A stretch of 64,000 nt of DNA from Eledone cirrhosa (GCA_964016885.1 OZ024740.1:57660001-57724000); one strand, 5' to 3'. Positions 27,101 through 41,700 are shown, counted from the first letter of the stretch. Made by a program: numbers and translations. Notes: generated by a model not told the origin, from the letters alone.

Positions 27101-30100
27101 TATGTGGCACCAACACCACTTTACAGTGTGGGCTGAGTGTATTTTATGTGGCACCAGCACTACCACTTTACAGTGTGGGCTGAGTGTATTTTATGTGGCA
27201 CCTGCACTACCACTTTACAGTGTGGGCTGAGTGTATTTTATGTGGCACCAACACCACTTTACAGTGTGGGCTGAGTGTATTTTATGTGGCACCAGCACTA
27301 CCACTTTACAATGTGGGCTGAGTGTATTTTATGTGGCACCAACACCACTTTACAGTGTGGGCTGAGTGTATTTTATGTGGCACCAGCACTACCACTTTAC
27401 AGTGTGGGCTGAGTGTATTTTATGTGACACCAGCACTACCACTTTACAGTGTGGGCTGAGTGTATTTTATGTGGCACCAACACCACTTTACAGTGTGGGC
27501 TGAGTGTATTTTATGTGGCACCAGCACTACCACTTTACAGTGTGGGCTGAGTGTATTTTGTGTGGCACCAACACCACTTTACAGTGTGGGCTGAGTGTAT
27601 TTTATGTGGCACCAGCACTACCACTTTACAGTGTGGGCTGAGTGTAATTTATGTGGCACCAGCACTACCACTTTACAGTGTGGGCTGAGTGTATTTTATG
27701 TGGCACCAACACCACTTTACAGTGTAGGCTGAGTGTATTTTATGTGGCACCAGCACTACCACTTTACAGTGTGGGCTGAGTGTATTTTATGTGGCACCAA
27801 CACCACTTTACAGTGTGGACTGAGTGTATTTTATGTGGCACCAGCACTACCACTTTACAGTGTGGGCTGAGTGTATTTTATGTGGAACCAACACCACTTT
27901 ACAGTGTGGGCTGAGTGTATTTTATGTGGCACCAGCACTACCACTTTACAGTGTGGGCTGAGTGTATTTTATGTGACACCAGCACTACCACTTTGCAGTG
28001 TGGGCTGAGTGTATTTTATGTGGCACCAACACCACTTTACAGTGTGGGCTGAGTGTATTTTATGTGGCACCAACACCACTTTACAGTGTGGGCTGAGTGT
28101 ATTTTGTGTGGCACCAACACCACTTTACAGTGTGGGCTGAGTGTATTTTATGTGGCACCAACACCACTTTACAGTGTGGGCTGAGTGTATTTTATGTGAC
28201 ACCAGCACTACCACTTTACAGTGTGGGCTGAGTGTATTTTATGTGGCACCAACACCACTTTACAGTGTGGGCTGAGTGTATTTTATGTGGCACCAACACC
28301 ACTTTACAGTGTGGGGTGAGTGTATTTTATGTGGCACCAACACCACTTTACAGTGTGGGCTGAGTGTATTTTATGTGGCACCAGCACTACCACTTTACAG
28401 TGTGGGCTGAGTGTATTTTATGTGACACCAGCACTACCACTTTACAGTGTGGGCTGAGTGTATTTTATGTGACACCAGCACTACCACTTTACAGTGTGGG
28501 CTGAGTGTATTTTATGTGGCACCAGCACTACCACTTTACAGTGTGGGCTGAGTGTATTTTATGTGGCACCAACACCACTTTACAGTGTGGGCTGAGTGTA
28601 TTTTATGTGGCACCAACACCACATTACAGTGTGGGCTGAGTGTATTTTATGTGGCACCAGCACTACCACTTTACAGTGTGGGCTGAGTGTATTTTATGTG
28701 ACACCAGCACTACCACTTTACAGTGTGGGCTGAGTGTATTTTATGTGACACCAGCACTACCACTTTACAGTGTGGGCTGAGTGTATTTTATGTGGCACCA
28801 GCACTACCACTTTACAGTGTGGGCTGAGTGTATTTTATGTGGCACCAACACCACTTTACAGTGTGGGCTGAGTGTATTTTATGTGGCACCAACACCACTT
28901 TACAATGTGGGCTGAGTGTATTTTACATGACACCAACACCACTTTACAATGTGGGCCAAGTGTATTTTATGTGGCACCAACACCACTTTACAGTGTGGGC
29001 TGAGTGTATTTTGTGTGGCACCAACACCACTTTACAGTGTGGGCTGAGTGTATTTTATGTGGGACCAACACCACTTTACAGTGTGGGCTGAGTGTATTTT
29101 ATGTGACACCAGCACTACCACTTTACAGTGTGGGCTGAGTGTATTTTATGTGGCACCAACACCACTTTACAGTGTGGGCTGAGTGTATTTTATGTGGCAC
29201 CAGCACCAGTTTACAGTGTCGGCTGAGTGTATTTTGTGTGGCACCAACACCACTTTACAGTGTGGGCTGAGTGTATTTTATGTGGCACCAGCACTACCAC
29301 TTTACAGTGTGGGCTGAGTGTATTTTATGTGGCACCAGCACTACCACCTTACAGTGTGGGCTGAGTGTATTTTATGTGGCACCAACACCACTTTACATTG
29401 TGGGCTGAGTGTATTTTATGTGGCACCAGCACTACCACTTTACAGTGTGGGCTGAGTGTATTTTATGTGGCACCAACACCACTTTACAGTGTGGGCTGAG
29501 TGTATTTTATGTGGCACCAGCACTACCACTTTACAGTGTGGGCTGAGTGTATTTTATGTGGCACCAACACCACTTTACAGTGTGGGCTGAGTGTATTTTA
29601 TGTGGCACCAGCACTACCACTTTACAGTGTGGGCTGAGTGTATTTTATGTGACACCAGCACTACCACTTTACAGTGTGGGCTGAGTGTATTTTATGTGGC
29701 ACCAACACCACTTTACAGTGTGGGCTGAGTGTATTTTATGTGGCACCAGCACCACTTTACAGTGTGGGCTGAGTGTATTTTGTGTGGCACCAACACCACT
29801 TTACAGTGTGGGCTGAGTGTATTTTATGTGGCACCAGCACTACCACTTTACAGTGTGGGCTGAGTGTATTTTATGTGGCACCAGCACTACCACTTTACAG
29901 TGTGGGCTGAGTGTATTTTATGTGGCACCAACACCACTTTACAGTGTGGGCTGACTGTATTTTATGTGGCACCAGCACTACCACTTTACAGTGTGGGCTG
30001 AGTGTATTTTATGTGGCACCAGCACTACCACTTTACAGTGTGGGCTGAGTGTATTTTATGTGGCACCAACACCACTTTACAGTGTGGGCTGAGTGTATTT

Positions 30101-33100
30101 TATATGGCACCAACACCACTTTACAGTGTGGGCTGAGTGTATTTTATGTGGCACCAGCACTACCACTTTACAGTGTGGGCTGAGTGTATTTTATGTGGCA
30201 CCAACACCACTTTACAGTGTGGGCTGAGTGTATTTTATGTGGCACCAACACCACTTTACAGTGTGGGCTGAGTGTATTTTATGTGGCACCAACACCACTT
30301 TACAGTGTGGGCTGAGTGTATTTTATGTGGCACCAGCACTACCACTTTACAGTGTGGGCTGAGTGTATTTTATGTGACACCAGCACTACCACTTTACAGT
30401 GTGGGCTGAGTGTATTTTATGTGACACCAACACCACTTTACAGTGTGGGCTGAGTGTATTTTATGTGGCACCAGCACTACCACTTTACAGTGTGGGCTGA
30501 GTGTATTTTGTGTGGCACCAACACCACTTTACAGTGTGGGCTGAGTGTATTTTATGTGGCACCAGCACTACCACTTTACAGTGTGGGCTGAGTGTATTTT
30601 ATGTGGCACCAGCACTACCACTTTACAGTGTGGGCTGAGTGTATTTTATGTGGCACCAACACCACTTTACAGTGTGGGCTGAGTGTATTTTATGTGGCAC
30701 CAGCACTACCACTTTACAGTGTGGGCTGAGTGTATTTTATGTGGCACCAACACCACTTTACAGTGTGGGCTGAGTGTATTTTATGTGGCACCAGCACTAC
30801 CACTTTACAGTGTGGGCTGAGTGTATTTTATGTGGCACCAACACCACTTTACAGTGTGGGCTGAGTGTATTTTATGTGGCACCAGCACTACCACTTTACA
30901 GTGTGGGCTGAGTGTATTTTATGTGACACCAGCACTACCACTTTACAGTGTGGGCTGAGTGTATTTTATGTGGCACCAACACCACTTTACAGTGTGGGCT
31001 GAGTGTATTTTATGTGGCACCAACACCACTTTACAGTGTGGGCTGAGTGTATTTTGTGTGGCACCAACACCACTTTACAGTGTGGGCTGAGTGTATTTTA
31101 TGTGGTACCAACACCACTTTACAGTGTGGGCTGAGTGTATTTTATGTGACACCAGCACTACCACTTTACAGTGTGGGCTGAGTGTATTTTATGTGGCACC
31201 AACACCACTTTACAGTGTGGGCTGAGTGTATTTTATGTGGCACCAACACCACTTTACAGTGTGGGGTGAGTGTATTTTATGTGGCACCAACACCAATTTT
31301 CAGTGTTGCCTGAGTGTATTTTGTGTGGCACCAACACCACTTTACAGTGTGGGCTGAGTGTATTTTATGTGGCACCAGCACTACCACTTTACAGTGTGGG
31401 CTGAGTGTATTTTATGTGGCACCAGCACTACCACTTTACAGTGTGGGCTGAGTGTATTTTATGTGGCACCAACACCACTTTACAGTGTGGGCTGAGTGTA
31501 TTTTATGTGGCACCAGCACTACCACTTTACAGTGTGGGCTGAGTGTATTTTATGTGGCACCTGCACTACCACTTTACAGTGTGGGCTGAGTGTATTTTAT
31601 GTGGCACCAACACCACTTTACAGTGTGGGCTGAGTGTATTTTATGTGGCACCAGCACTACCACTTTACAATGTGGGCTGAGTGTATTTTATGTGGGACCA
31701 ACACCACTTTACAGTGTGGGCTGAGTGTATTTTATGTGGCACCAGCACTACCATTTTACAGTGTGGGCTGAGTGTATTTTATGTGACACCAGCACTACCA
31801 CTTTACAGTGTGGGCTGAGTGTATTTTATGTGGCACCAACACCACTTTACAGTGTGGGCTGAGTGTATTTTATGTGGCACCAGCACTACCACTTTACAGT
31901 GTGGGCTGAGTGTATTTTGTGTGGCACCAACACCACTTTACAGTGTGGGCTGAGTGTATTTTATGTGGCACCAGCACTACCACTTTACAGTGTGGGCTGA
32001 GTGTATTTTATGTGGCACCAGCACTACCACTTTACAGTGTGGGCTGAGTGTATTTTATGTGGCACCAACACCACTTTACAGTGTGGGCTGAGTGTATTTT
32101 ATGTGGCACCAGCACTACCACTTTACAGTGTGGGCTGAGTGTATTTTATGTGACACCAGCACTACCACTTTACAGTGTGGGCTGAGTGTATTTTATGTGG
32201 CACCAACACCACTTTACAGTGTGGGCTGAGTGTATTTTATGTGGCACCAGCACTACCACTTTACAGTGTGGGCTGAGTGTATTTTGTGTGGCACCAACAC
32301 CACTTTACAGTGTGGGCTGAGTGTATTTTATGTGGCACCAGCACTACCACTTTACAGTGTGGGCTGAGTGTATTTTATGTGGCACCAGCACTACCACTTT
32401 ACAGTGTGGGCTGAGTGTATTTTATGTGGCACCAACACCACTTTACAGTGTGGGCTGAGTGTATTTTATGTGGCACCAGCACTACCACTTTACAGTGTGG
32501 GCTGAGTGTATTTTATGTGGCACCAACACCACTTTACAGTGTGGGCTGAGTGTATTTTATGTGGCACCAGCACTACCACTTTACAGTGTGGGCTGAGTGT
32601 ATTTTATGTGGCACCAACACCACTTTACAGTGTGGGCTGAGTGTATTTTATGTGGCACCAGCACTACCACTTTACAGTGTGGGCTGAGTGTATTTTATGT
32701 GGCACCAACACCACTTTACAGTGTGGGCTGAGTGTATTTTATGTGGCACCAACACCACTTTACAGTGTGGGCTGAGTGTATTTTATGTGGCACCAACACC
32801 ACTTTACAGTGTGGGCTGAGTGTATTTTGTGTGGCACCAACACCACTTTACAGTGTGGGCTGAGTGTATTTTATGTGGCACCAGCACTACCACTTTACAG
32901 TGTGGGCTGAGTGTATTTTATGTGGCACCAACACCACTTTACAGTGTGGGCTGAGTGTATTTTATGTGGCACCAACACCACTTTACAATGTGGGCTGAGT
33001 GTATTTTACATGACACCAACACCACTTTACAATGTGGGCCAAGTGTATTTTATGTGGCACCAACACCACTTTACAGTGTGGGCTGAGTGTATTTTATGTG

Positions 33101-36100
33101 ACACCAACACCACTTTACAGTGTGGGCTGAGTGTATTTTACATGACACCAACACCACTTTACAGTGTGGGCTGAGTGTATTTTATGTGGCACCAGCACTA
33201 CCACTTTACAGTGTGGGCTGAGTGTATTTTATGTGGCACCAGCACTACCACTTTACAGTGTGGGCTGAGTGTATTTTATGTGGCACCAACACCACTTTAC
33301 AGTGTGGGCTGAGTGTATTTTATGTGGCACCAGCACTACCACTTTACAGTGTGGGCTGAGTGTATTTTATGTGGCACCTGCACTACCACTTTACAGTGTG
33401 GGCTGAGTGTATTTTATGTGGCACCAACACCACTTTACAGTGTGGGCTGAGTGTATTTTATGTGGCACCAGCACTACCACTTTACAATGTGGGCTGAGTG
33501 TATTTTATGTGGCACCAACACCACTTTACAGTGTGGGCTGAGTGTATTTTATGTGGCACCAGCACTACCACTTTACAGTGTGGGCTGAGTGTATTTTATG
33601 TGACACCAGCACTACCACTTTACAGTGTGGGCTGAGTGTATTTTATGTGGCACCAACACCACTTTACAGTGTGGGCTGAGTGTATTTTATGTGGCACCAG
33701 CACTACCACTTTACAGTGTGGGCTGAGTGTATTTTGTGTGGCACCAACACCACTTTACAGTGTGGGCTGAGTGTATTTTATGTGGCACCAGCACTACCAC
33801 TTTACAGTGTGGGCTGAGTGTATTTTATGTGGCACCAGCACTACCACTTTACAGTGTGGGCTGAGTGTATTTTATGTGGCACCAACACCACTTTACAGTG
33901 TGGGCTGAGTGTATTTTATGTGGCACCAGCACTACCACTTTACAGTGTGGGCTGAGTGTATTTTATGTGACACCAGCACTACCACTTTACAGTGTGGGCT
34001 GAGTGTATTTTATGTGACACCAACACCACTTTACAGTGTGGGCTGAGTGTATTTTATGTGGCACCAGCACTACCACTTTACAGTGTGGGCTGAGTGTATT
34101 TTGTGTGGCACCAACACCACTTTACAGTGTGGGCTGAGTGTATTTTATGTGGCACCAGCACTACCACTTTACAGTGTGGGCTGAGTGTATTTTATGTGGC
34201 ACCAGCACTACCACTTTACAGTGTGGGCTGAGTGTATTTTATGTGGCACCAACACCACTTTACAGTGTGGGCTGAGTGTATTTTATGTGGCACCAGCACT
34301 ACCACTTTACAGTGTGGGCTGAGTGTATTTTATGTGGCACCAACACCACTTTACAGTGTGGGCTGAGTGTATTTTATGTGGCACCAGCACTACCACTTTA
34401 CAGTGTGGGCTGAGTGTATTTTATGTGGCACCAACACCACTTTACAGTGTGGGCTGAGTGTATTTTATGTGGCACCAGCACTACCACTTTACAGTGTGGG
34501 CTGAGTGTATTTTATGTGACACCAGCACTACCACTTTACAGTGTGGGCTGAGTGTATTTTATGTGGCACCAACACCACTTTACAGTGTGGGCTGAGTGTA
34601 TTTTATGTGGCACCAACACCACTTTACAGTGTGGGCTGAGTGTATTTTGTGTGGCACCAACACCACTTTACAGTGTGGGCTGAGTGTATTTTATGTGGCA
34701 CCAGCACTACCACTTTACAGTGTGGGCTGAGTGTATTTTATGTGGCACCAACACCACTTTACAGTGTGGGCTGAGTGTATTTTATGTGGCACCAACACCA
34801 CTTTACAATGTGGGCTGAGTGTATTTTACATGACACCAACACCACTTTACAATGTGGGCCAAGTGTATTTTATGTGGCACCAACACCACTTTACAGTGTG
34901 GGCTGAGTGTATTTTATGTGACACCAACACCACTTTACAGTGTGGGCTGAGTGTATTTTACATGACACCAACACCACTTTACAGTGTGGGCTGAGTGTAT
35001 TTTGTGTGACACCAGCACTACCACTTTACAGTGTGGGCTGAGTGTATTTTATGTGACACCAGCACTACCACTTTACAATGTGGGCTGAATGTATTTTATG
35101 TGACACCAGCACTACCACTTTACAATGTGGGCTGAGTGTATTTTATGTGACACCAGCACTACCACTTTACAGTGTGGGCTGAGTGTATTTTATGTGACAC
35201 CAGCACTACCATTTTACAATGTGGGCTGAATGTATTTTATGTGACACCAGCACTACCACTTTACAATGTGGGCTGAGTGTATTTTATGTGACACCAGCAC
35301 TACCACTTTACAATGTGGGCTGAGTGTATTTTATGTGACACCAGCACTACCACTTTACAGTGTGGGCTGAGTGTATTTTATGTGACACCAGCACTACCAC
35401 TTTACAATGTGGGCTGAGTGTATTTTATGTGACACCAACACCACTTTACAGTATGGGCTGAGTGTATTTTATGTGGCACCAGCACTACCACTTTACAGTG
35501 TGGGCTGAGTGTATATTATGTGACACCAGCACTACCACTTTACAATGTGGGCTGAGTGTATTTTATGTGACACCAGCACTACCACTTTACAGTGTGGGCT
35601 GAGTGTATTTTATGTGACACCAGCACTACCACTTTACAATGTGGGCTGAGTGTATTTTATGTGACACCAACACCACTTTACAGTGTGGGCTGAGTGTATT
35701 TTATGTGGCACCAGCACTACCACTTTACAGTGTGGGCTGAGTGTATTTTATGTGGCACCAGCACTACCACTTTACAGTGTGGGCTGAGTGTATTTTATGT
35801 GGCACCAGCACTACCACTTTACAGTGTGGGCTGAGTGTATTTTATGTGGCACCAACACCACTTTACAGTGTGGGCTGAGTGTATTTTATGTGGCACCAAC
35901 ACCACTTTACAGTGTGGGCTGAGTGTATTTTATGTGGCACCTAGCACTACCACTTTACAGTGTGGGCTGAGTGTATTTTATGTGGCACCAACACCACTTT
36001 ACAGTATGGGCTGAGTGTATTTTATGTGGCACCAACACCACTTTACAGTGTGGGCTGAGTGTATTTTATGTGGCACCAACACCACTTTACAGTGTGGGCT

Positions 36101-36462
36101 GAGTGTATTTTATGTGGCACCAGCACTACCACTTTACAGTGTGGGCTGAGTGTATTTTATGTGACACCAGCACTACCACTTTACAATGTGGGCTGAGTGT
36201 ATTTTATGTGGCACCAACACCACTTTACAATGTGGGCTGAGTGTATTTTATGTGACACCAGCACTACCACTTTACAGTGTGGGCTGCGTGTATTATATGT
36301 GACACCAGCACTACCACTTTACAGTGTGGGCTGAGTGCATTATATGTGACACCAGCACTACCACTTTACAGTGTGAGCTAAGGGTATTTTATGTGACACC
36401 AGCACCACTTTACAGTGTGGGCTGAGTATATTTTATGTGACACCAGCATTACCACTCTACAA
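18132..36462. repeat. 18.3-kb minisatellite array of interspersed 44-bp and 47-bp units (roughly 400 copies, estimated from length)
   Basis: Units GTGGCACCAACACCACTTTACAGTGTGGGCTGAGTGTATTTTAT (44) and GTGRCACCAGCACTACCACTTTACAGTGTGGGCTGAGTGTATTTTAT (47); degenerate units at both edges. Confidence 0.98.
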
Positions 36463-37023
36463 CATTCGGGCACTTGTGTCCTTGACCAGATTGGGAAACT
36501 GATAAGAGTAGAGAGGGGATGAGAGCAGAGGGTAAGCTATGTCTTTTTTGCTGAGGAAAGGGGTAATATAGAGGTGGCCTTCAAGAGAGTGCTGTCTTGC
36601 AGTACAGCGTGGAGTTTATCCAACCAAATTCAATGCAAACCTAAGGTGGAAGTGACCTGCCCAAAGTATCATGAAATGAGATCAAACCTGGAACTATGTA
36701 GTTACAAAACTGCTTAACCACAAAGCAACAGCAAACATTTTATGATAATTTTTCCTGCCACAGCCATGGGGTCCTTTTTAAGGAAAAATCCTTTACAGTG
36801 GATGTCCTTCCTGATTCCAACTCTTTTAGTCATCTGTTACAACATGCAGGGATATGGCATATCAATTCTTAACCATACAGCCATGCTAATGAATATATAT
36901 TTCAGATTAAAGTCCCCACTATTAGAATTAGTTTAAACAATTATAAACAAATATAAATTGAAATAAAATTCAATATACCTATTTTGCTATCAACTATAAC
37001 TTTTTTTGAAGGAATCTTCTTAC

Positions 37024-37120
37024 TCAAGGTCTGCAAACATTCCAGAAGAACAGGTGTCTCTTGATCTTTCTCACATAGTTTTTCCTTGATTGAAGTTATC
37101 TCATTTAGTGTCACAATTCT
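37024..37120 (-). CDS. Candidate host-gene exon (RIVTLNEITSIKEKLCEKDQETPVLLECLQTL)
   Basis: Strong acceptor ttttgtttttctgctttcag and donor GTAAGA bound a 97-nt open frame. Confidence 0.5.
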
Positions 37121-38753
37121 CTGAAAGCAGAAAAACAAAATTAGTATAACATTGTTTTCATTGTCATCACCAATATCATTGATATCCCATCTTCATTGTT
37201 AGTTCATCATTGACATTGAGATCATCATAAGTTGGATTGATTTCACTATTTATTGTTGTCTTCAATCATCTAATACACATAACAACAGAGAAAACTTACC
37301 AATGTTTATTGTGAATGTCATCAAGATGCCTCTTCTATTTCCAACTGATGCAGAGTTTGATATCACTGACACAAGAAAGGTTGCCTACTAAAAATAAAGG
37401 CATTTTACTTCACACCATACCTATTAGTGTCAATGATCTAGAGAGGTATCTATATTTTCTACCAAGTTTTGACACACAGTTTGGTAACAAAGTCTTCTGT
37501 TGAGGCTTTATGATATGTGTGTGAGTGTGTGCATGTGTGAACACACACATTTGTATATTTTGATTATTAGCTCTTTAAAAAGTTAAATTTTTAACATTTA
37601 CAGTCACTTAATTTCTTTATATTCAAAAATATGTACAAAAATAGATTAAAGAAAGATATAAAGTTTTAGAAATCAAATGCTATCGATGCAATACTGCTAC
37701 TAGGCCTCAACAAAGTGATGCAAAAAGATTTTAACCAAGACTGAAAAATCAAAGGCAGATGACAATACGACTGTCTCAAGAAATTAGCAAAGAACAAGCA
37801 ACTGTCCAAAGTAGGGACCATAAAAGAAAAGCAACAATCAGAGACCAGAAAACAAATGAGGACAGTCCACCAACTAGAATCAGAACTATGTGAAAACAGC
37901 AGCAGTAGGGACCCTAGAAATGGGTGTTGGGTGAGCTACTTACAAATGTTCCCTTGCAACAAGTTCAATCCCATTGCTCAGAATTTGAAGCAAATATTTC
38001 CTACCATCTACTAGAGCCATTTCCGTCCATGAGCAGTAGGCTTAATCAATTAGTCAATTTAACAATACCACCAGGTCTATGGGTACATTTAGCAGAATTC
38101 ACTGTGTTGTAAACATCTTGTCTGCTGTCTGAGGATAATTTCTTCTTCTAGTCTTGGAGGCTACACCCTTCATCCATTAATTAAAAATGAAATATGGCAT
38201 TCTTTTGACATGTATGTGAATAAAAGTCATAGGTGTGAACTCTGAGTTATATCTTTTCTCTCATGGTCAACTGCACATGGACTTTTCAACAATAGACAGG
38301 GAATAATCTACAGATATTAACCCTTAATGTAGGATCAACTAAAAATACTGTTTATAAAAAAAACATTCTAAACTAGACTTGAGAAAGTTGTTTCATTTAA
38401 ACTATATTTGCAGACATTACATTAGATATTTCTGTAATCCTAAATAAACTCAGCTTCAAAAATAGACCTACTTCTGATGTGGGTGTCAGACTAAAATATT
38501 ATATGATCCATAGATTTATTTGCTTCAGCTATTTATGGACCTGGAAAAAAAAGCTGGGTATTAATATTAAATCTCCAAGAGAGAAGGAAGCAGGAAGAAA
38601 GGGATACTGGAGTAATCTGACAAATCCCTACTTATTGAGAACATTACTTACTAAGCCATTTCTGAAGTGTAAATGCAGGGAAGCATATCTAATGAGTGAA
38701 TACTATAAAGTATAGAAATTATATATACATACACACAAACACATGCATATATA

Positions 38754-41700
38754 TTGGTAAAAGGAAAAGAAAATGCTGACAAATTGTTCCCAGTGAAAAA
38801 ATAGTTTAATTAGGAATAAGTAAAAATTAGTAATAGTATTGGTTAGTATTCAGTTTTGGTTTTAAGTTTTACCATTTGCGCATTTCTAATGCTTTTCAAA
38901 AATAATTTTGAGATAGAGCGCCCGTGATGTTTGTTCTAATCTGATTAGTTTTGGAAATTCTACCTGTTTTATGTAGAAAAAGTGGCTCCAGATGTATGAA
39001 AAAATTCTTGTGGTCAAAACAATTTTGATTGGTCAGTAGAGGTCATGTGAATGTTAAAAATTGATTTTGCCCCAAATGTAGGTTTGTCTCGGCTGATTGA
39101 GAAGTCACTGAAAAATAAGTCTTTCAAGACAAATATGTGTGTGTGTGTGTATGTGTGTGTAGTAGTAGTAGTAAAGAGGTTCGTTGTTGTGATAATGGTC
39201 AGCAGGGATATGTGTGCGAACCGCAGGCTGCTGACAGTTCAAATGCCTATTAAGACAAGTGTGTGTGTGTGTGTGTGTAGCAGAGTAATTCGTGGTAGAG
39301 GGATGGTCAGTAGGAATGTGTCTGTAAGTGTGTGGGGGATATTTTAACATGTTAAAAGATACTTTTCAGCTCTTGTCTTAATCGGAGAAGTGTGTGTGTG
39401 TGTGTGTGTATATGTCTCTTTGTATGTTAATGTACGCGTGTGTATGTGTGTGTGTATATATGTGTGTGTGTGTGTGAGAGAATGTGTGTGTGTGGGTGGA
39501 CCAGTATTTGTGTGATACTGGTAAAAATGGTGTACATTATTCAATATTTTCAGTAAAAACGATTCTCTCAATAGAACATCAAAAACCTTAATAATAAAAG
39601 GTATGAAATGATATATAGTATTGTCATAACACCAAGGTGTGTGTGAGTGTCCAGATTGTACGTACTGCAAGGGGAATCCATTAGGCCCTGCCGTATTAGA
39701 ATACTTGTGTACAAATATGTATGTGCCCATCAGTGTGCAATGCATGTGTGCGTATATGTATGTGTGTGTGTCGGCACGTTTATATCTATAGACATCAAAA
39801 GGTATGCAAATTTGTGTATATTTGTGTTGCACCATAGAACATGTGTGTTTACGTATGTCATTGTGTTTATATGTGGATAGAGATGTATGTAGGATGTATG
39901 CTGATGTAGGTATGTATGTTGACGTGTGTATGTGTTGTGGGTTCGTCTTAAGGAGAAGTGTTTAGACGGGGTCCGTATTTGTTAATAAAGTGACATTTCT
40001 TGCTGATGCGCTGGGTGTGGGTGGCATTATCTTTAAATTTGTAGATTTTCTGATGCGCATGTGAAATTGTGTTTTACTATAAAACGTTGTCCTTCTTTGA
40101 AATAGAATTCCGAATCCTCTATTAGGTTGGTGCATATGCCACAGTTGGGTCTATCGCATTTTTTTACTGTGGGTTTCGGTGTTGTGGTTGGCAGTACTTT
40201 GGCATGTGTTACGATGTTTTTCATTGACTTAGATTGTCTTTTGCTCTTTATGATATCATGTGTTCGTAGGATTTGGTTCATTCTATGGTCCTTTTTTAAC
40301 ACAGGGATGTTCTGGAGGATGGTGTCAAAGGCCTCATTGTTGAGGGGGTTGTGTGTGGAGATGTATGGAAGAGCTTTTAGTTTCGGTTGATTTACTTTAG
40401 GGTGTCTAAGGTCCTGGGTACTGAGTTTTAGGGCACGTTGGATTCCATTGTCAATTAGTGATGCAGGGTAGTCCCTGCCTATGAGTGTGTCCTTTAGTTC
40501 TTGTAGCCGTAAGTAACAGGTGTTTTTATTGGAGACTATAGTACAGATTCTTTTGGCTAAGTTGTAGGGAATATTAATTTTAACGTGTTGAAAGGAAGAT
40601 ATTGCTTGGAGTCTGTGGGCTTGTAGTATATGTCTGTTTCTATTTTTTTGTTATGAATCTTAATGAGGATGTCGAGGAAGGGGAGTTGTTGATGGCTGTA
40701 TTCCATCGTGAAGTTAATATTCGTGTTGAGCCCATTTATAAGGGTGTGAAATTCTTTAAGTTTCTTGATGTTTTCGTGCCAAAGGATGAAGCAGTCATCT
40801 AGATATCGCTTCCAGTTCCTTTCAATGTGTAAGTGGAGGGTGTTTCCAAATTTGTTTAGTACTTTAGTGTAGAGGGTGATTTCCAGGTATCCCATGACTA
40901 GGTTGGCATAAGTGGGGCTGTTTTCGTTCCCATAGCGGTCCCAGATTTCTGCCTGTAGGTTTTGTTATTGAAAACAAAGTAATTATTCTCCAGGATAAAT
41001 TTGAGTCCCTCTATCACAAATTCTTTTTTGATGCGTTGTGGGAGTTCATTGTGGAAGTTATCCAGCCAGAAATGGATAGCTTCTATTCCTAGGTTGTGGG
41101 GGATGTTGGAGTATAGGTTGACTACATCGAACGTCACTAGTAGGGTTTGTTCAGAAAGGGGCATATTAGGGAGGTGATTGAGCATATCTAGGTCATCCCT
41201 TATATAGCTTTTGATGTGCTTGAGGAAGGGTTTGAGAAGGGTATCAATGAAGTTGCTAAGGTGGTGGGTTTCGCAAGCAGGGCCTGCTATTATAGGTCTT
41301 AATTTGAGATCATTGGGTGAGGGGACATTGATAACTATGTCTGTGGCTTCCTTGCATGCCTTACTTATTAATTCGCTTTTATGTACTTTAGGGATACCGT
41401 AGAAAAGGCTGGATTTACTTGTGAAGTCTGTGATGAAGCTGAATTCCTTGTTAGTGAGTCCTTCTTTGTATTGGTTGATCAGAGTTTTTAGGTTTTTCAT
41501 AATTTTCTGTTGATTGTAGTCTTCAGCCTTTTCGTAGTATGTTTCGTTTTCCAAAGTGGAAAGCGCTAAGTTGATATAGAATTCTGTCTCCATTAGGACT
41601 ACTGTACTCCCTTTATCAGCCTCTTTAATTGTAATGGTTCGGTCGGTTTTTAATCTATTTAATTCTTTCTTGTTGAGGTTTGGCTTGTGCTTTTGTCTGT

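Noticed and set aside
18379-34994. Repeated 78-87 aa ORFs in the array
   Set aside because: Unit lengths are not multiples of 3 and TGA recurs; the ORFs open only where a GCTGAG to GCCAAG variant removes a stop.
18132-36462. CRISPR-like array or coded message in the 44/47 pattern
   Set aside because: There are no unique spacers or cas genes and the context is eukaryotic. Variation is limited to a 3-bp indel and point variants, explained by duplication.
37300-37385. Additional minus-strand exon with a GTAAGT donor
   Set aside because: Its only fully open frame gives a stop when joined to the 37024-37120 exon, so it could not be supported.
39051-39880. His/Thr- and Val/Cys-rich ORFs
   Set aside because: Translations of (CA)n/(TG)n tracts in the PLE 3' region.
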